64,000 nucleotides of DNA, taken from positions 35,898,001 through 35,962,000 of the forward strand of contig NW_025964334.1 of the NCBI RefSeq assembly GCF_023055435.1, in the 5' to 3' direction. Of this stretch, positions 63,688 to 64,000 are shown in pieces. The position numbers and the translations under genes were made by a program. The notes under the pieces were generated by a model. The model was not told the DNA's origin. It made no database searches and saw only the letters and a program-made list of their open reading frames with translations. Source of the stretch: Haliotis rufescens (taxonomy: Eukaryota). How positions within the stretch are numbered: the first letter of the stretch is position 1; the number at the start of each line of letters is the position of its first letter.

Positions 63688-63850
63688 GAGTGAGTGAGTA
63701 TGGTTTTATGCCGCTTTTAGCAATATTCCAGCAGTATCACGACGGGGGACACCAGAAATGGGCTTCACACATTGTACCCGAATCGGGAATCGAACCCGGG
63801 TCTAAGGTGTGACGAGTGATCGCTTAAACCACTAGGCTACCCGACCGCCC
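63688..63850 (-). mobile_element. SINE family A copy (KIAA0930 intron)
   Basis: Reverse-complement match. Confidence 0.85.
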
Positions 63851-63936
63851 TAGACGAAATAAACTGAGAGAGGTTATGTTAATCATGTGAAACCAGGTGT
63901 TTTGTCTATTAACACAAAATGACAAAGTGAGCTCAC

Positions 63937-64000
63937 CTGATCATCAAAATCATCTACAGGAAAGTTTTCCATGTCTGGTGTTTCTGGTCCTGAACCCTTG
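63937..64000 (-). CDS. KIAA0930: KIAA0930-like exon (truncated by window end)
   Basis: Minus-strand frame KGSGPETPDMENFPVDDFDDQ ending CAG|gtgagc, phase 0. Confidence 0.75.

Overview
Animal genomic DNA, repeat-rich and about 38-40% GC by eye. The SINE repertoire and (ACTC)n tails suggest a mollusc, possibly an abalone-like gastropod; this is inference. Three protein-coding genes can be assembled by hand. (1) A + strand BCL9/Legless orthologue (Wnt/beta-catenin co-activator) with clear HD1, HD2 and HD3 motifs, exons about 24.1-32.5 kb. It appears to be spliced in frame to an upstream exon encoding a CECR2/RSF1-type WHIM-like module, which I do not know from human or fly BCL9. (2) A + strand non-RD Ser/Thr kinase whose CDS is almost entirely one exon (45182-48268), preceded by a motif-dense CpG-rich promoter at about 43.2-43.45 kb. 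(3) The last four coding exons of a - strand KIAA0930 homologue (60867-64000). The rest is intron, UTR or intergenic DNA containing at least five SINE-like families (three clearly share a 3' tail behind different heads), several MITEs, decayed Penelope-like hammerhead-bearing ends, and minisatellites, three of which start right at 5' splice sites. There is one assembly gap (49292-49461). Most short ORFs in the supplied track are spurious. Repeat coordinates are approximate (within roughly 10 bp).
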